The translations under genes and the position numbers were made by a program. Below the pieces are notes generated by a model. It was not told where the DNA came from. It did not search any database and saw nothing but the letters and a program-made list of their open reading frames with translations. From Lingula anatina (lineage: Eukaryota; Animalia; Brachiopoda), in assembly GCA_051362555.1 (NCBI GenBank), contig CM120640.1, forward strand, positions 60,304,788 to 60,368,787: a stretch of 64,000 bases of DNA, written 5' to 3'. Below are positions 26,801 to 39,600 of this stretch, in pieces (position 1 is the stretch's first letter; every line of letters begins with the position of its first letter).

Positions 26801-29614
26801 TTATTGTGGTAAAACAGAATATATTATATTTCTATGAGTTGTTCACTATGTTTTTTTTTTGTGAAATATAGATATCATATGAAGAGTTATTATCCCTTCA
26901 ATTGAATCATCAATTTCACAAACCTAGGACAGGTTATATTCAAAAAGCACCTTCCCTGTGACTTCATTTTGCAAATAACCATATTTCAAGGTTAAATCAT
27001 TGTGCAAGTGCTAAAGAATGTCACGCTACCTATATCTCATACAACATCAGGTTACAGGATGTTTGGAGCACTGAATAAATCTGACTGGGTAGAATCCAGG
27101 AAGAAGTTTCATGTTTCTAGGATATTTAATATATTTGTTTATTCATTTTCAGGGAAGTAGCTAATTCTAAATGTCACAATCGCAATGGGAAAATTTAGTG
27201 GTTGTAAAGAAAAACTTTTTCTCTGGTAACCTCTTGGTTTGACGAATAAATAATTAAAATCAAACTGCAACAAAATAGAGAATTTATACATACACAAATG
27301 ACATACCTGGTTCACACAATCCTAATGCTTCATAGGAGATAAGCTCATTTGCAGAGAAACAGTCATGGAGCTCAACTACATCAACATCTTTCACAGAAAC
27401 ACCTACAAAATACATACGGAAGTAGCCTCTTTGCAACCCCACAAATTGAAATGTGTGCACTATTTCTTTGGAAATTATATTTTAAATGTAGATATTTCAG
27501 GCGCACACATTCATGTTTAATGTCATTTGTCAACACTATTCAGTGTTTATTATTAGTCTGCTTCATTTTCTCTTAGTATTGGGACTTTCAATAAATGCGG
27601 CCGTCACCAGCCAAATTTCGAACATCATACTTGAGTTTGTCACATTACTTTATCAACATGTCGTTATATTCAAATTAGCTTAGATCAAGGAGACATAAAC
27701 AAGTTTATTTGGTAAAATTTCAGTCATAGATAAAATGTTAAAACTCTTCTTGCTAAAACCCCCTTTACACTAGACGGTGTCCTTTCTGTGTCCTTTGAGC
27801 GACCAGGAAACTGGCAGCGCTGAGTTTGTAAAATGGAGGCACATGCAAGCATCACTTTGGTTGCAGAAGGAATTTTCAATGATCGGCACGTGAAGTATTA
27901 TGTGTTTTTACTCTAAAACGGGGCTGCACTACGGGACGTAGAAAGGACGCTGTCCAGTGTAAAGGGGGCTTAAGCAATCTAGTATCACTAACTTAAGAAA
28001 CATTCATTTTCATATTAAATATTAAAATATTTATACAAATTGTTTAATAAATATAAACAGACATAAAAAAAAACTTTTGTGCTTTCTCCACTCTACAGAC
28101 AATTAGACAATTGATGAATAACAATAATCACACCAAGCTTACCTGTCTTCTGGAACAGCCTATCAGCTGCTGCTTTGGTCATATCATAACCAACCTTAAA
28201 TTTTAATTAACAACAACTTGTTATCATTGAATTTCATGCATGCATTTTTTCAACAAAAGCAGAACATTATCTAAATAAAGTTTATTTATAGGACAACAAT
28301 GTATTAAAATAGCAACAAACAAGTTCACAACTGGGGTTTTCAGTACCATTTTCATACAGCTATTTTCCTGGAATGTGGTGGGTAGATCAGTGGCCATCTC
28401 CATGCCAAGGATCTCAACAGCCTGAGCCTGGAGGCCATGACGCTTTACAAACTCCTCACTGGCCACCACAGCACAAGCTGAACCATCTGATGTAGGGCTA
28501 AATGGACAAGGACATTTGCTAACTTAATTTGTTTCTAAATATAATATGTATTGTTTAATTGTGATACAAAATTCTTTAGAAGACCTTTAAAAAATGGCAA
28601 CCACATGAGCCATCTAAAATATATAAATGAAGATATTAAAAAAGAATGACAATGGAACAATGTGCTGCATTGCTTCCCAGAAGTACTGGCTGAGGAAAGA
28701 CAACAGTTTAACTAGAGGTTCAGAGACGCGATACTGCCTCTGGATATTGTACCACCAGTAAGCGCATTCGGATGGATAACCAAAAAAAAAAGGGACACCA
28801 CCACCAGTCTTATGTTTGACAAGATCTATAAAATGCAATAAACAAGAGTTCTCAAAATATGCAAAAAAATGCAAAAAAACATAACTGTAAAAATGGTCCA
28901 ATCAAGCTGTTTTTCCAATTTACCTGTACTTTCCTAACATTGATCACTCCTGTGATTTTCTAGACAAAAGGCCTATTGGTTTTCCTTGAAATGTGTTATC
29001 AGTGTTGCATATATGCTGACAAAAGAGAAAACCTAGGGGCAACACTGGGCATATCTCTGCTTGTTTTTAAGATATGAGGGGCAAGAAAATATGCAAAGTT
29101 TAGTGATTTGTAGCGTACACGCTGGTGGTACTAATTAATACTTACCAACACTGAAGTTTGGTCAGTGGGTTGTGAATACTAGGGGAGGCAGCTATTTCTT
29201 CCAGTGTATATTCTTTCCTAAACTGGGAATACCTGAAAGATTTAACATATCTTTATCATTCAAAAACAACAGGTGGTAAATTTCACATTTTATAAAAGCC
29301 ATTTTAAACCACTATCTGCTGACCACCATACTGCTTGAAAAATGAAATAAGCATTAACACATGAATCATTTAAGTAACACTTAAAATATTTATTTATAGT
29401 CTTTTCCTTATATACTTACGGGTTGTTTACAGAATGCTTGTGGTTCTTATATGCAATTTTGGCAAAATGCACTGGCTTTGTTCCTAGAATAAATGATAAA
29501 CAGAAAACATTTATGAATTAGCATTCAATTGTAAAATGACTATTTTGTTAATACGAAACCCTTTTATTTCAAACTTTCACAACTTAAAACAATGGAGAAC
29601 AACAAGTGTTTCTC

Positions 29615-29649
<35 letters not shown>

Positions 29650-32600
29650 CTTTATTGGAGAATCACAACCCGAAGGTTGAAGTTATACAATTATGTTATA
29701 CAATTATATATATGAACATTCATGTCAAGGAAGCCTGGTCATTTTAGCACTGGTGCACTCCGTAGACGGTCTCACCTCCCTGGGGAGCATACAGCTCGGC
29801 TGCCATATTAGGCACTCATAGCTAATATATCATTTCTGCACTGCCTGACCAGGCCCCTGCTTCAACCCCTTAGTGCTGAGTGCCAAGCGGGGAGACAGCA
29901 GGTACTGTTTATAAAGGACTGGTATGTCCCCGGACGGGTTTTGAACCCACGTCCTCCCGCTCCGGAGGCAGACACTCTAACCACAAGGCCATCCGGTCGG
30001 TTATATTCATATAACTTACCATACTTCTCCATGTGTTCTCTGCCAGCATTACCAAACATCTGGGCTGTCACTGGAGAGGGTTCCAGACCAAATGTATTGG
30101 CCATCACTTCCACATGCTTATCCATGGGGTTAGTCCTGTCAGTGTACTGGTAATAGAGAGGTTAACAGAGTGCATGCTTCATCAGCAATAAAATTTTTAA
30201 TAAGAAAAAGATAACATTTTCAAATAAGTGTTCAGTGATGAGCTTTAAACAATGTCAAAATTAAAATAGGCCTACATCATGTGTCCAGTAGGGACATATT
30301 AAAGTAATTTTACCTTTGCAGAAAGGGATCCTTTTTCCATCTTCTCAAACCCAAGAGCCATCACACAGTCTGACAAACCTGAAACGGCAATTGGGACAAA
30401 TCTGTTTTCTTTAATCTTTTGGCTTTACAGTGACTAATCAAAATAACACTTGAAGATATGGTAACACTTGAAGATATGGTAAATGTTAGCAATTGTTAGC
30501 TAAAATATTGTTATTTTTACCTCCTTCAATGAACTGCTTGGCCATCAACAATGCAGTTGATCCAGTGCTACAGGCATTGTTCACCTGAATGAAATTGGTT
30601 ATTTTTATCAATAAAATACTGAAAAGATAAGCTGTTTTCATTGGGTATACAATTGTCTTTTTTTTTGACAATTCCAGAATCTTTTTAGGATACTTAGAAG
30701 CCAATCCAATGACCTGTCTAACCTCAATTACAGTGGCATTAGGTGGAAAAACAATAATGTCAGATTCACAGCCTATAGTAAGCTAAGATGATAAGCTGAG
30801 AAAAGTTGTACTTATGTAAACAAGATGTAAACTAGCTTTACTGGACACACTGCTTTAGAAGAACAAATAATATATTTCTCTGGACACCTTGCAAAGAAAA
30901 CTTTTCCACTTTTACTCCATCAAAAATGAATCATTAACCATCATTACCTAACTTTGTTTAGTTACTTTTTTATACTAACATTGTATACTGGAACTCCAGT
31001 CATCCCCAACTGATACACAGCTCTCTGGCCACATGTTGTATCTCCTGCAGAAAAACAAAAAGTACATTTTTGAATTTTATAATATAATTCAAATGTTGTA
31101 AAATGTTTTGATTTGTGACATGAAAATAATAAGGTTTATAGATGCTGATAGGAAATGTATATATATGTGCTGCAAATGAAGGATCTTAATCTGCATTTCA
31201 CATGACTTTTAAGTCATTTGACATTTAAAAATGTCAAACTTACCATAGACATAACCTACACAAACTTGTTGCACCTCATTGTATGAAATGCCTGCATCCT
31301 TCAAAGCCTTAGAAGCTGAAAGAAAGGATTAGTGAAAGATAACATTTATTATGAGATAATCAATTTTTATCAACAGTATGAATAACTTATTGCCAAATCA
31401 AGATTCCTGGTACTATCATCTTTAAAAGCTACAAGCAAAGCGTGATCATAGCATCTTATGTGGTACATCCATGATCATATTTCAGCCATGCTCTGAATTT
31501 ATCTCATATTACCTGATTCCTTTGCCATATCAGGATAATCAAATTCATCTCTCCTGCCTGGTTTTTCAAACTGAAAAAAGAGTTTGCATAAAATCATGTA
31601 ATTGCCTGATTCAAAGTAGAACAGGACAGAATAAAGGAACATGTTTGTTTTTTGTCATTTTTTACTTGGCACATTCTTTCTGTATTTTTATACACTCACT
31701 ATATTCAAAGCAAATTGGGCACACTTCAGTGTATGAAATTCAAGGAAATTACTAGCCAGACCGCCGGGCAGGTAACTCTGAAAAGTTACCAGCCCGGCCA
31801 TGTAGTTACCTGCCCTAGTTATGATAACCCCTAGAGTTAAGAGAGGTATGCTGAGGGGGTCTAGAATGCATTCTTGGGAGAGTAATTTGGAAATGAAAGG
31901 GCAATATCATGCCTTATGCATGCAAATTTAGAAATTGGTTGGAATTTCTACTGAATGATACCTTGTCAGTGTTGGATTTAGAGGGGGGTCAGGGGGGTCC
32001 TGACGCCCCCCTTTTAATTTCTGCAAAAAAAAAACTCACCTCTTGAAATAAGACTTTCACTAGGTGAATCATAGTTCTAAACCATACCAAATGGCACCAT
32101 TCACCATCTAAAATACCAAAAATTTTCAGGGCCCTTTAGCGGGCGGGGGAGGGTGGGGTAGTCAATTCAGTTTATGTTCACCTTGCAGGCTGTCTCATTT
32201 CTTCTTCAATAATTTATTTATAACTTTTATTCCGATTTCGTGATATCATTTGATCATAATTTTTGCTTTTCTGTATAGCAACAAGTATGACCAAATATAT
32301 ATATTGTTGTTAAATAAATCGATCTCTGTACTGACAATAAAGAAGAAAGAATTCAGCATGAGGGTCCCTTTGAATATCGCTTTTAAGCTTTAAAAAGCGG
32401 TCGGGAACGGTCCTGCACGCTAATCGCCCATAGACAGTCCTGCAGGGCCCCGTATCTCGAAAGCATTGCTTATTGAGAATAGCTATATATATATCACATA
32501 GAGGCTACAATATATTATATGGGGCGAGTATGGGCGAGTTATTGGATCGAGATGCTTGCGCTCGGTCGCAATGCGTGATACTTTCGAGTTAGATCTACGG

Positions 32601-35039
32601 TTTTACGCTCGACTAATTGCAAATTGAAGTCACCTTAATTTCCATGGGTCCCTTTCTTTCCTCAATTGTTTTTCTTTTGTGAACTTCTCTATCGGACTTG
32701 ATAGAATTTTTTTCATTTTTGACAGCCCAAGATGAAAGCACGTGGGAAAAGAACTACATCTGACGCACGGCGTAAACTCGTACGTTCACTCATAATTTTG
32801 GGATTCAAATTTTTGTAAAATTCTCCTTTAATTTGCCTCAGTTGCCTTTATTACTGTTGATTATAAGCACTTCATGTACCTATAAGTCTATTTTATCAAT
32901 ATCATAACTTTTTATACTTTCACATTTTGATTAGGCCACACTTTTTTATTTTTATGGATGACATCCTGCGCGCGCACCGATTTTCGCCCGTTCTCCGAAA
33001 AAAAAAAAAAAAAATCCCCCCCCCCCCCCCAGCCCCCAACGAAGTCGGTTGGCGCAAACGTCCTTATTGAATTTGCCAGGAAATGAGCCTTCTGCGCATG
33101 CGTATTATCGCCACGTGGAAATGTGGCCGCTTTGCCGTCAAATTCATCTCTAGGAAATTACACGACATTTAAAGTCATGAAGAGAACGGGTGCCGTCGTT
33201 TTGGATTGGTATGCCATTGATATTGGGCATGGAGATATCACCTTTTTACAATTGTGCGAAAGGCTGGCGGCCGCCAGCGATTATCGCCCGAAAAATTTCA
33301 GTGACATTCTGTACAAAGCAGCACATAGGCTACAAGGTTTTCTGTTGCGAAAAAAGGGTCGACAAGGACGTCGAGGTATATTTGGTGGGCTGAAGGTCGG
33401 ACAGGCCACCTGACAGCTTGGCCGTGTGAGTCGAAGTAGACAAAATGGCATCGTCCGAATGACCTTTAATAGATTTGGTAGTATTAAGCATATCTTTGCA
33501 TCATTTTTTAAACATTTCTGTGAAGTGTTCAAAATGCTTTAATATTCTGAGAATACAAATAAAGACACACTGTTTGTTTGATATTTGTTTTATTGATTGC
33601 TATACCAACAAAATGCATGAAATAACCTTAATAGATTTTGTAATAAGAAGTATATCTATTCATGACTTTTTTTTACATTTCTACGAAGTATTCACAATGC
33701 TTTAATATTTTGAGAGCATGGATAAAGACATATTGTTAGTTTGATACGTGTTTCTGTGGTAAAATTTGTGTTTCCAGCTGTGTACTGACAGCATTCCTTT
33801 ACTTAAGCAGTATTTTTTTTTTTGACCGTTTTTTTTTTTTTTTTTTCGCCCTCTCGCACCAATTTTGGGGTACCCAGAGGATGTCATCCATAAAAATAAA
33901 AAAGTGTGGCCTTACTCTCAACCTACAAATTGCTACTCGCGGGATCTCCTCTACACAAAACAATGACGTAACGTTATCTGCTGTGCACTGAAGCTGGTTA
34001 AGAACAATGTGCCTCGTTTCAAATTGTCTTTCAACTTCATATCACACAGACGGAACTTCGAAAACGAGGCCACTGAGAGGGAGACTGTTGGTTACATTTC
34101 GATACGAGCGTTCGATTTTGCAAGCTATGGTTAGTTCTTTGCTTCTATGAAAGTGGGTGAAAACAGTGAGTTTATTTTGCTGAAATCGCTTGTGAACATA
34201 GACAAAATAAAAGGTAAAAAATAGGCTGTAAATTAGCCAGCCCGTCTTCTATAAACTTAGTAACAGTTGTTTTTCTGTTATTTGCTTATGTAAATAATTT
34301 TTTTAAACTAACAAAGAAAGCTCAACAGGCCTTTAAGAAGTGCAAAGATTTGTATAGTCCCTTTGACATCTACTGTGTCATGTGATAATAAATATTTAGA
34401 GACCATAAAATTTACAGGGGGTTCAACAAGTGAGCTGGAGATAGAAAACTCAGGACATTTTTTTATCCATTAATGCTAAAACCAATATGCCTTATGTCAT
34501 TTTCAGTATTATTCAGTATTATACAGCTAGGACTTGCTCATTTAACTTATTAAATGACAACTTTCAGTACTAGTATACAGATAACATACTCTAGCATTGC
34601 CACATTACCGACGTAGAAATTATTCAGATGACATACTTCAACATAGTTACAGCTAAAATGTATAATTAACTTCAAAAACGCAGCTAAGTGTCAATTATTA
34701 TTTGTTTCTATGACTATAGAAATTCAGCTATGAAAATCATGAATATTAAAAAAAAATAAACGACGATCCTTCAAACCGATTGTCTTAGACTTTGACCGCC
34801 CGACTTTGACCTTTGCCTTGCACAATATTTACATTTGTCTACAAAGACAACGCTACCGACAATTTCAATTTGAATATGATATCGAACTGCTTTTACTGAT
34901 TAAAATGTCCCAAATGCGTGTAACAGCTATAGAAACTTGATAAAAAAATCAATACAAAGTAGATCTTCTTACGACAAGAATTTCTTACTTTTGTCATACC
35001 GACACCGACAACAAATACTCTTCTTCTGGGCGCAGCCAT
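23898..35039 (-). CDS. SCP2: Sterol carrier protein X (peroxisomal thiolase + SCP2 domain), ~541 aa
   Basis: 17 exons: 35039-34989, 31570-31513, 31315-31244, 31044-30980, 30584-30521, 30378-30314, 30146-30020, 29483-29420, 29232-29146, 28497-28347, 28194-28143, 27402-27307, 25709-25602, 25206-25053, 24750-24657, 24495-24289, 24008-23898 (1626 nt). Motifs [27 protein letters not shown] (catalytic Cys), [50 protein letters not shown]-terminal PTS1 AKL. Confidence 0.97.
25327..25523. mobile_element. Degenerate foldback/MITE remnant
   Basis: Imperfect inverted arms: attcagaac...tccgtggactaac...tccac.gatcaaatatggtg versus cgccatatttgat.cgtggactagttagtctgcgga...gttgtgaat. Ends and TSD are unclear. 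Confidence 0.5.
26557..26897 (+). mobile_element. TTAA-flanked MITE (Kolobok-like), ~340 bp
   Basis: TIR agggataataa(t/c)tcttc at both ends; left flank TTAA, right flank TCAA. Closely similar to the copies at 37136-38854 and 42463-42799. Confidence 0.85.
27757..27970. mobile_element. PIF/Harbinger-type MITE
   Basis: TIR a(a/g)ccccctttacact(a/g)gac... extends imperfectly ~35 bp. TAA at 27754-27756 and 27971-27973. Confidence 0.8.
29615..30000 (-). mobile_element. tRNA-derived SINE with Meta-like and Deu/Nin-like central domains and (ATT)n tail
   Basis: On the minus strand the head has A box tggccttgtggttag and B box ggttcaaaaccc. It is followed by cataccag...gtacctgctgtctccccgcttggcactcagcactaagggg (Meta-like) and ggcagccgagctgtatgctccccagggag (Deu/Nin-like), then the tail cttcgggttgtgattctccaataaag(att)n. 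Domain names are from recalled consensus sequences. Confidence 0.85.
32934..33911. mobile_element. PIF/Harbinger-type non-autonomous element, ~980 bp
   Basis: ~35-bp TIR ggccacacttttt(t)atttttatggatgacatcct at both ends. TSD TTA at 32931-32933 and 33912-33914. Confidence 0.9.
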
Positions 35040-35476
35040 GTTGGACTTTAACTTCAGTGCCCGGATGCTGCACTACTTTTTGTGACCGAATTTCTGACAA
35101 AGATTAATACTCGAACGTCTGCAGTATAGTATTCATACCTTATTTTCCAATGATATTGAATAAATCTACTTCATCTTTTTAGAAGTAAGAAAATCATAGA
35201 GATCTTTTCAAATTTTTACTCCTAAGAGCTGTTGACTTTTCATTTGAAGAATTACGTTTCTCAAGTCAAAGAACATCCGCAAGTGTGTGAAAGGTCATTA
35301 GCTTTTGGCGCGGGTTATTGTTATGATCTGTATTTCCTGACCTAATTATTTTATCACATTTTGAACAAATAATGTTCGATCGATGTCAGTTGTGATAAGT
35401 GAATCCTCAAGTTCATCTGGGACAATAATGGCGTCATAGAAGACTGTGGTTGTCTCCATTTAATTGGTTTGTACAG
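35040..35476. promoter_or_regulatory. Putative bidirectional promoter of SCP2 and NIPBL, including a probable non-coding first NIPBL exon ending at donor 35476|gtgagt
   Basis: Divergent genes and local CpG retention. YY1-like aatggcg at ~35427 and aacatggctgc over the SCP2 start. Strong donor acag|gtgagt pairs with the acceptor at 36587. Confidence 0.55.
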
Positions 35477-36140
35477 GTGAGTGTCCCTGACCCGGTTTCT
35501 CCTGACAAGTTTTGTTTAACAATGTTACATGCAGAAGCTTATTATCTCGAAAAAAGGCGCATTTGAAATTAAACAGCAATTCAAATAAAGAAATGGTGTT
35601 AACAATACTCTTGATGTTTAATGCACAAATTTTCTGTGATGTATCTTTCATTACCCGGATCGACAGCGCCAATCAAATGGTCATATGTCTGACAAGATCA
35701 CTGCCCAAATACCAACTTTTTAATAACAGTATGTTTCAAGGCGTAATGGCATTTGACATCCTAAATTTACTATTAAGATTTCATTATGGGTGATTTCTGA
35801 CCAAATGTGAATCTGTGATAAAGTGCATCAGTGACCCTTCTATCATGCCCTTTAGTATTGCCTCTGGCACATTAGCCCTCCAAAGGTTTAGCCTCTGGCA
35901 CTCCTCTTTATGGTTTCAAAATTCTGTTTACTGTAGTGGTGGTGCTAGCAGTAAAACAAAAACTGTGCTTGGAAGAACTGGGGCAGACTTGCACAGGGTA
36001 CTGTGTTTCATGGCAGATGTTTTAAGGCCAGTAGTAGTGTACATTAATAACCAATATTTAAATTATTCAATTGTAGTATCTTGTAATGGGCATGTTGGAA
36101 TGCTGTATGCTTGATACATTTGCTGACTTCAATTTGAGTA

Positions 36141-36390
36141 TGGTAATGACAAAAATGGGCAAAAATTGTCAAATTTAAAGATACATTTTTAAAATCATAA
36201 AAATTATATTTTTGTATATATCATTTGTGGTGCTTTTAATGCATAGAATAGAACTATAAGGTACTTTGCTTTTCAATTTTGTTGAAACCACTCAATAGGA
36301 ATGCCCTTATATTAAGAAATTATCACTTGAAAAATACAATATCTGTAAAATTCAGAATTTCCCCCCATGGAAAAGATCAAGTCATTACCG
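36141..36390 (+). mobile_element. Old ~250-bp MITE copy (Tc1/mariner-like), same family as 39510-39751
   Basis: Colinear with 39510-39751 (aaaattgtcaaa...ggtgct...tagaatag...accactca.taggaatg...aagatcaagt.attac). Short TIR tggtaatgac/gtcattaccg. Confidence 0.6.
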
Positions 36391-36600
36391 TGTGATTCCT
36401 TAGAGCATTACCAACATTGGCTTCAGAACTATTCAAAACAGTACTCTTGTGCCCCTTTTCTTATCATTTCTTTTTCAAAATTAGAAGAGTTCCATGCCTT
36501 TTGTTAAGTTTCATGTCTTAGTACAAGGCCACAAAGCTAAATTTCACATGCAAATGTAGAACATGAGATTTTTTTTTTTACCAATAGATAAATGATCATG

Positions 36601-39600
36601 ATGAATGGGGAAATACCTCAAATCCCGATCACAACACTGGCAGGGATTGCAAGTCTAACAGATTGTAAGTTTGTACTTTGTGATAAGATAAAAAAATTTT
36701 TTAAATAGATCTTGGTTTACATCATTTGAAAATTTAAGATATGACAATGAGTTTTGAATTTTTTTCCGCTTTTTAATTAAGTATTAAAATCTATTGATAT
36801 TAATGTCTGTAAAATTGCCCTTTTTACCGAATGTATTTTGTTAAATGTGATTATGCTTACATAATTATTTTTAGATAAAGATTGTATTGGGAATTTTTTA
36901 AATAAAATATTTGGGACATGTTCTGTTTTTAGTGCTACCTGAACTTCCCCTACCCACCCCTATGCCTCAGACTGTCCACAACAAAAGTCTGCTATACCAT
37001 CCAAGGATTGCAGAAGAAGCCAGGCGTTTGCTAGCATCAAGAGATGAAAACTTGGTGCCACAACTTATCCATGCACTAAGTCATACAAATGTTGAACACA
37101 TGTAAGTAACTTAAATCCTACCAAAATGAAGTTAAAGGGATAATAATTCTTCGTATGAGATCTATATTTCACAATAAAAACATTGTGAATAAGGCTTCGT
37201 TCACATGCAATGTCTAAATTCTATTTTCTATTTTCTATTCGCGGCATGTGTTGTGATCACCGTCTGTGCCCTGAATATCCCGCGGCGTAATTACTGGCAG
37301 CGCGAGCCAGTTACTATAAGTTACTATAAGTAACTGGCTCGCGCTGCTGGTAATTACGCGGCGGGATATTCAGGGCACAGACCGTGATCATAAGATAGCG
37401 CGAATAGAAAATAGAATTTAGAAAATAGACATTGCATGTGAACGAAGCCTAAGTCATAGAACAGTGTTTGACCTTCATTTGAAATAGCACAGGCCAATTT
37501 GGCCAGTGTTTTTTGAAAGTTACAGGCCAAACTGAAAATGTACAAGCCAGATTTTGGCCTGTTTTATTAAGAAGTTACAGGCCATGTGGTAATGACTGAT
37601 GATTGAGGTGTTATCAGGTACCAATGCTGCATAGTTAGTTATAAGTCATATGCAAATAAAGATAAAATTAAAAACTGTTTTGATAAATCGTTTTACTCAG
37701 TTTAGACTCTAGAAGTACTTGTTTCAAGATAAATATTAAAATGAGCTTTAATTAAATATCATTTTAAATATCATTTTATTAAAATATTACAACTAAACTC
37801 ATGATATTATGGGTGAACTTTGTACAGTAGGTCGCTCTGACTGAGATGAAATCGGTGAATAGCTGTAAAGCTGACGAGATTGTTAACATTTCAAGTGTAT
37901 CCGAGGTGACATAAAATTCGTCATATTGCTTTATTTGAATGGTATTGCATTAGCGCAAGGTAGGTAATTCAAGTCCTCTTACCCTGAACACGTTGCTAAT
38001 CTTCGCGCGTTTGAAAAAACTTTTTTTGCTCTGCTCAGAAAAAGATTTTTAGAGAACGTCAAAAACATGCTTTGAGTCAGAGAGCTCAGACCGTTAGCTT
38101 GCATCAGTTCGTTCCTGCTTTGATTTTGTTTACTCATCATTTGATGCTGATTCTGAGATGTTCTCCGTCTCGTTTATGGGACGTTCGTAATTTTTTAATC
38201 TGCTCCATGATCCACTTGCATGCTTTCTCATGGAAGTATCGACTGCGCATAATCCCAAGACGTACTTCGTCAAACTCCGTCGCACAAACGAAGGGACTTT
38301 CAAAATCGACAGTGAGACTGTGAATACGTCATTACAGAATTCCTCAACATCAACCAATCACGATTATTACTTATGAAAATAAAAACGAGGTTGAACTTCC
38401 CTGTAAATGTTGGCATGTCAATCGGACTTTTATTGAGTCTAAATTTTACTGATACACTTAATAAAGAAAGTTGACATAAATATACTCGCCAAAATGGCGA
38501 CTTGCATCATAAATTTCACACGCCAGATTTAATTTTTACTCGCATTGGCGTGCTGGCGAGTGTGGGTGTCAAACGCTGTAGAAATGTAATATATTCTGTT
38601 CTACCACAAAAACGGCAGTTATAGCTATCATTCTGATATCTGAGTTTGTCTTTAGACCACGTGACCTCTATTGATGGCTATACTCTGTTAAAAATTCTTA
38701 AGAGATTTTAACAAAAAACCAAACTTTTTAGAAAAAAACCAGGGACTAACTTTGAATGTAAAAATGAATTCATTAACCATTGGTAAGTATGGGAAAATTG
38801 TTGTTTACTCCAGGAAAATTCTTTTTTTGGCTGAAACGAAGAGTTATTATCCCTTTAATTAGTATATGCTTCTTAATAATGGCTAAAATATCAATGTACA
38901 TGCATAGTAATTTAGTTCAAGATTATATTTCAAAGACAGTGATCAGGGATTTTGGCATTTTGTAACATATTAAGGGATTTTGGTAACATCTTATGTTATA
39001 TGTGTCCATATTACAGTGAGTTGAAGGATAATTCTGTGGGAGATGCAATTGAAGGAGAAATCCCCGAACTTCTGAAAGCTGTACTAGCACAGAACCCAGC
39101 TGTCTTCAAGAGTGGTAGACCACAAGAAAGTAAGCATTGCTAGAAAGTTAATGTCATGATTGAGCAAAATTACAGTGACAAGTAAAGGCTACTTTGTTTA
39201 AAAACATGAGCTTTTTATTTCGAGACAATTTTGATAACTTTGACATCGTATTGTTATTTCATACATTTATATAAGTTCTTAATGAAAGAATCCCAATTAA
39301 TATTCTTCTTGTTAAGGTGTATATCCCAGACAGCCCATGGCTCCCACACAGCTTCCACAGCAGATGCAGGGCTCCCCCTACCAGCCAGGCAATAACATGT
39401 CACCCTATCATCCTGGCAGTCCTGCAAGGTTACACACATCTGTCTTGTGTAGTGCATTTAAATGAAATGATCATCTCTGTAGAGTTTCCAAATTGATGAA
39501 AATGAATAGCTGTAATTACTCGGATCTTTCAGTAGTCAAAAATTGTCAAACTTTCATATACATAATTTTATAATCACAAAAATGATATTTCTTTATAGCA

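Larger units (their letters stand above)
37136..38854 (-). mobile_element. TTAA-flanked MITE (Kolobok-like), reverse copy split by two nested insertions
   Basis: TTAA at 37132-37135 and 38855-38858; TIR agggataataa(t/c)tcttcgt. Removing the two inserts restores a sequence colinear with the reverse complement of 42463-42799. Confidence 0.88.

Noticed and set aside
29930-30000. tRNA gene
   Set aside because: A and B boxes are present, but the sequence continues into SINE body and tail and lacks a clean acceptor stem, so it is a SINE head.
31750-32160. hAT-like terminal fragments (gggcaggtaact...agttacctgccc; G-rich cagtgttggatttagagggggg)
   Set aside because: They look repeat-derived, but I could not define paired ends or a TSD.
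38072-38357. ORFs inside the 37462-38578 element
   Set aside because: Short, interrupted by stops, with no recognisable transposase motif.
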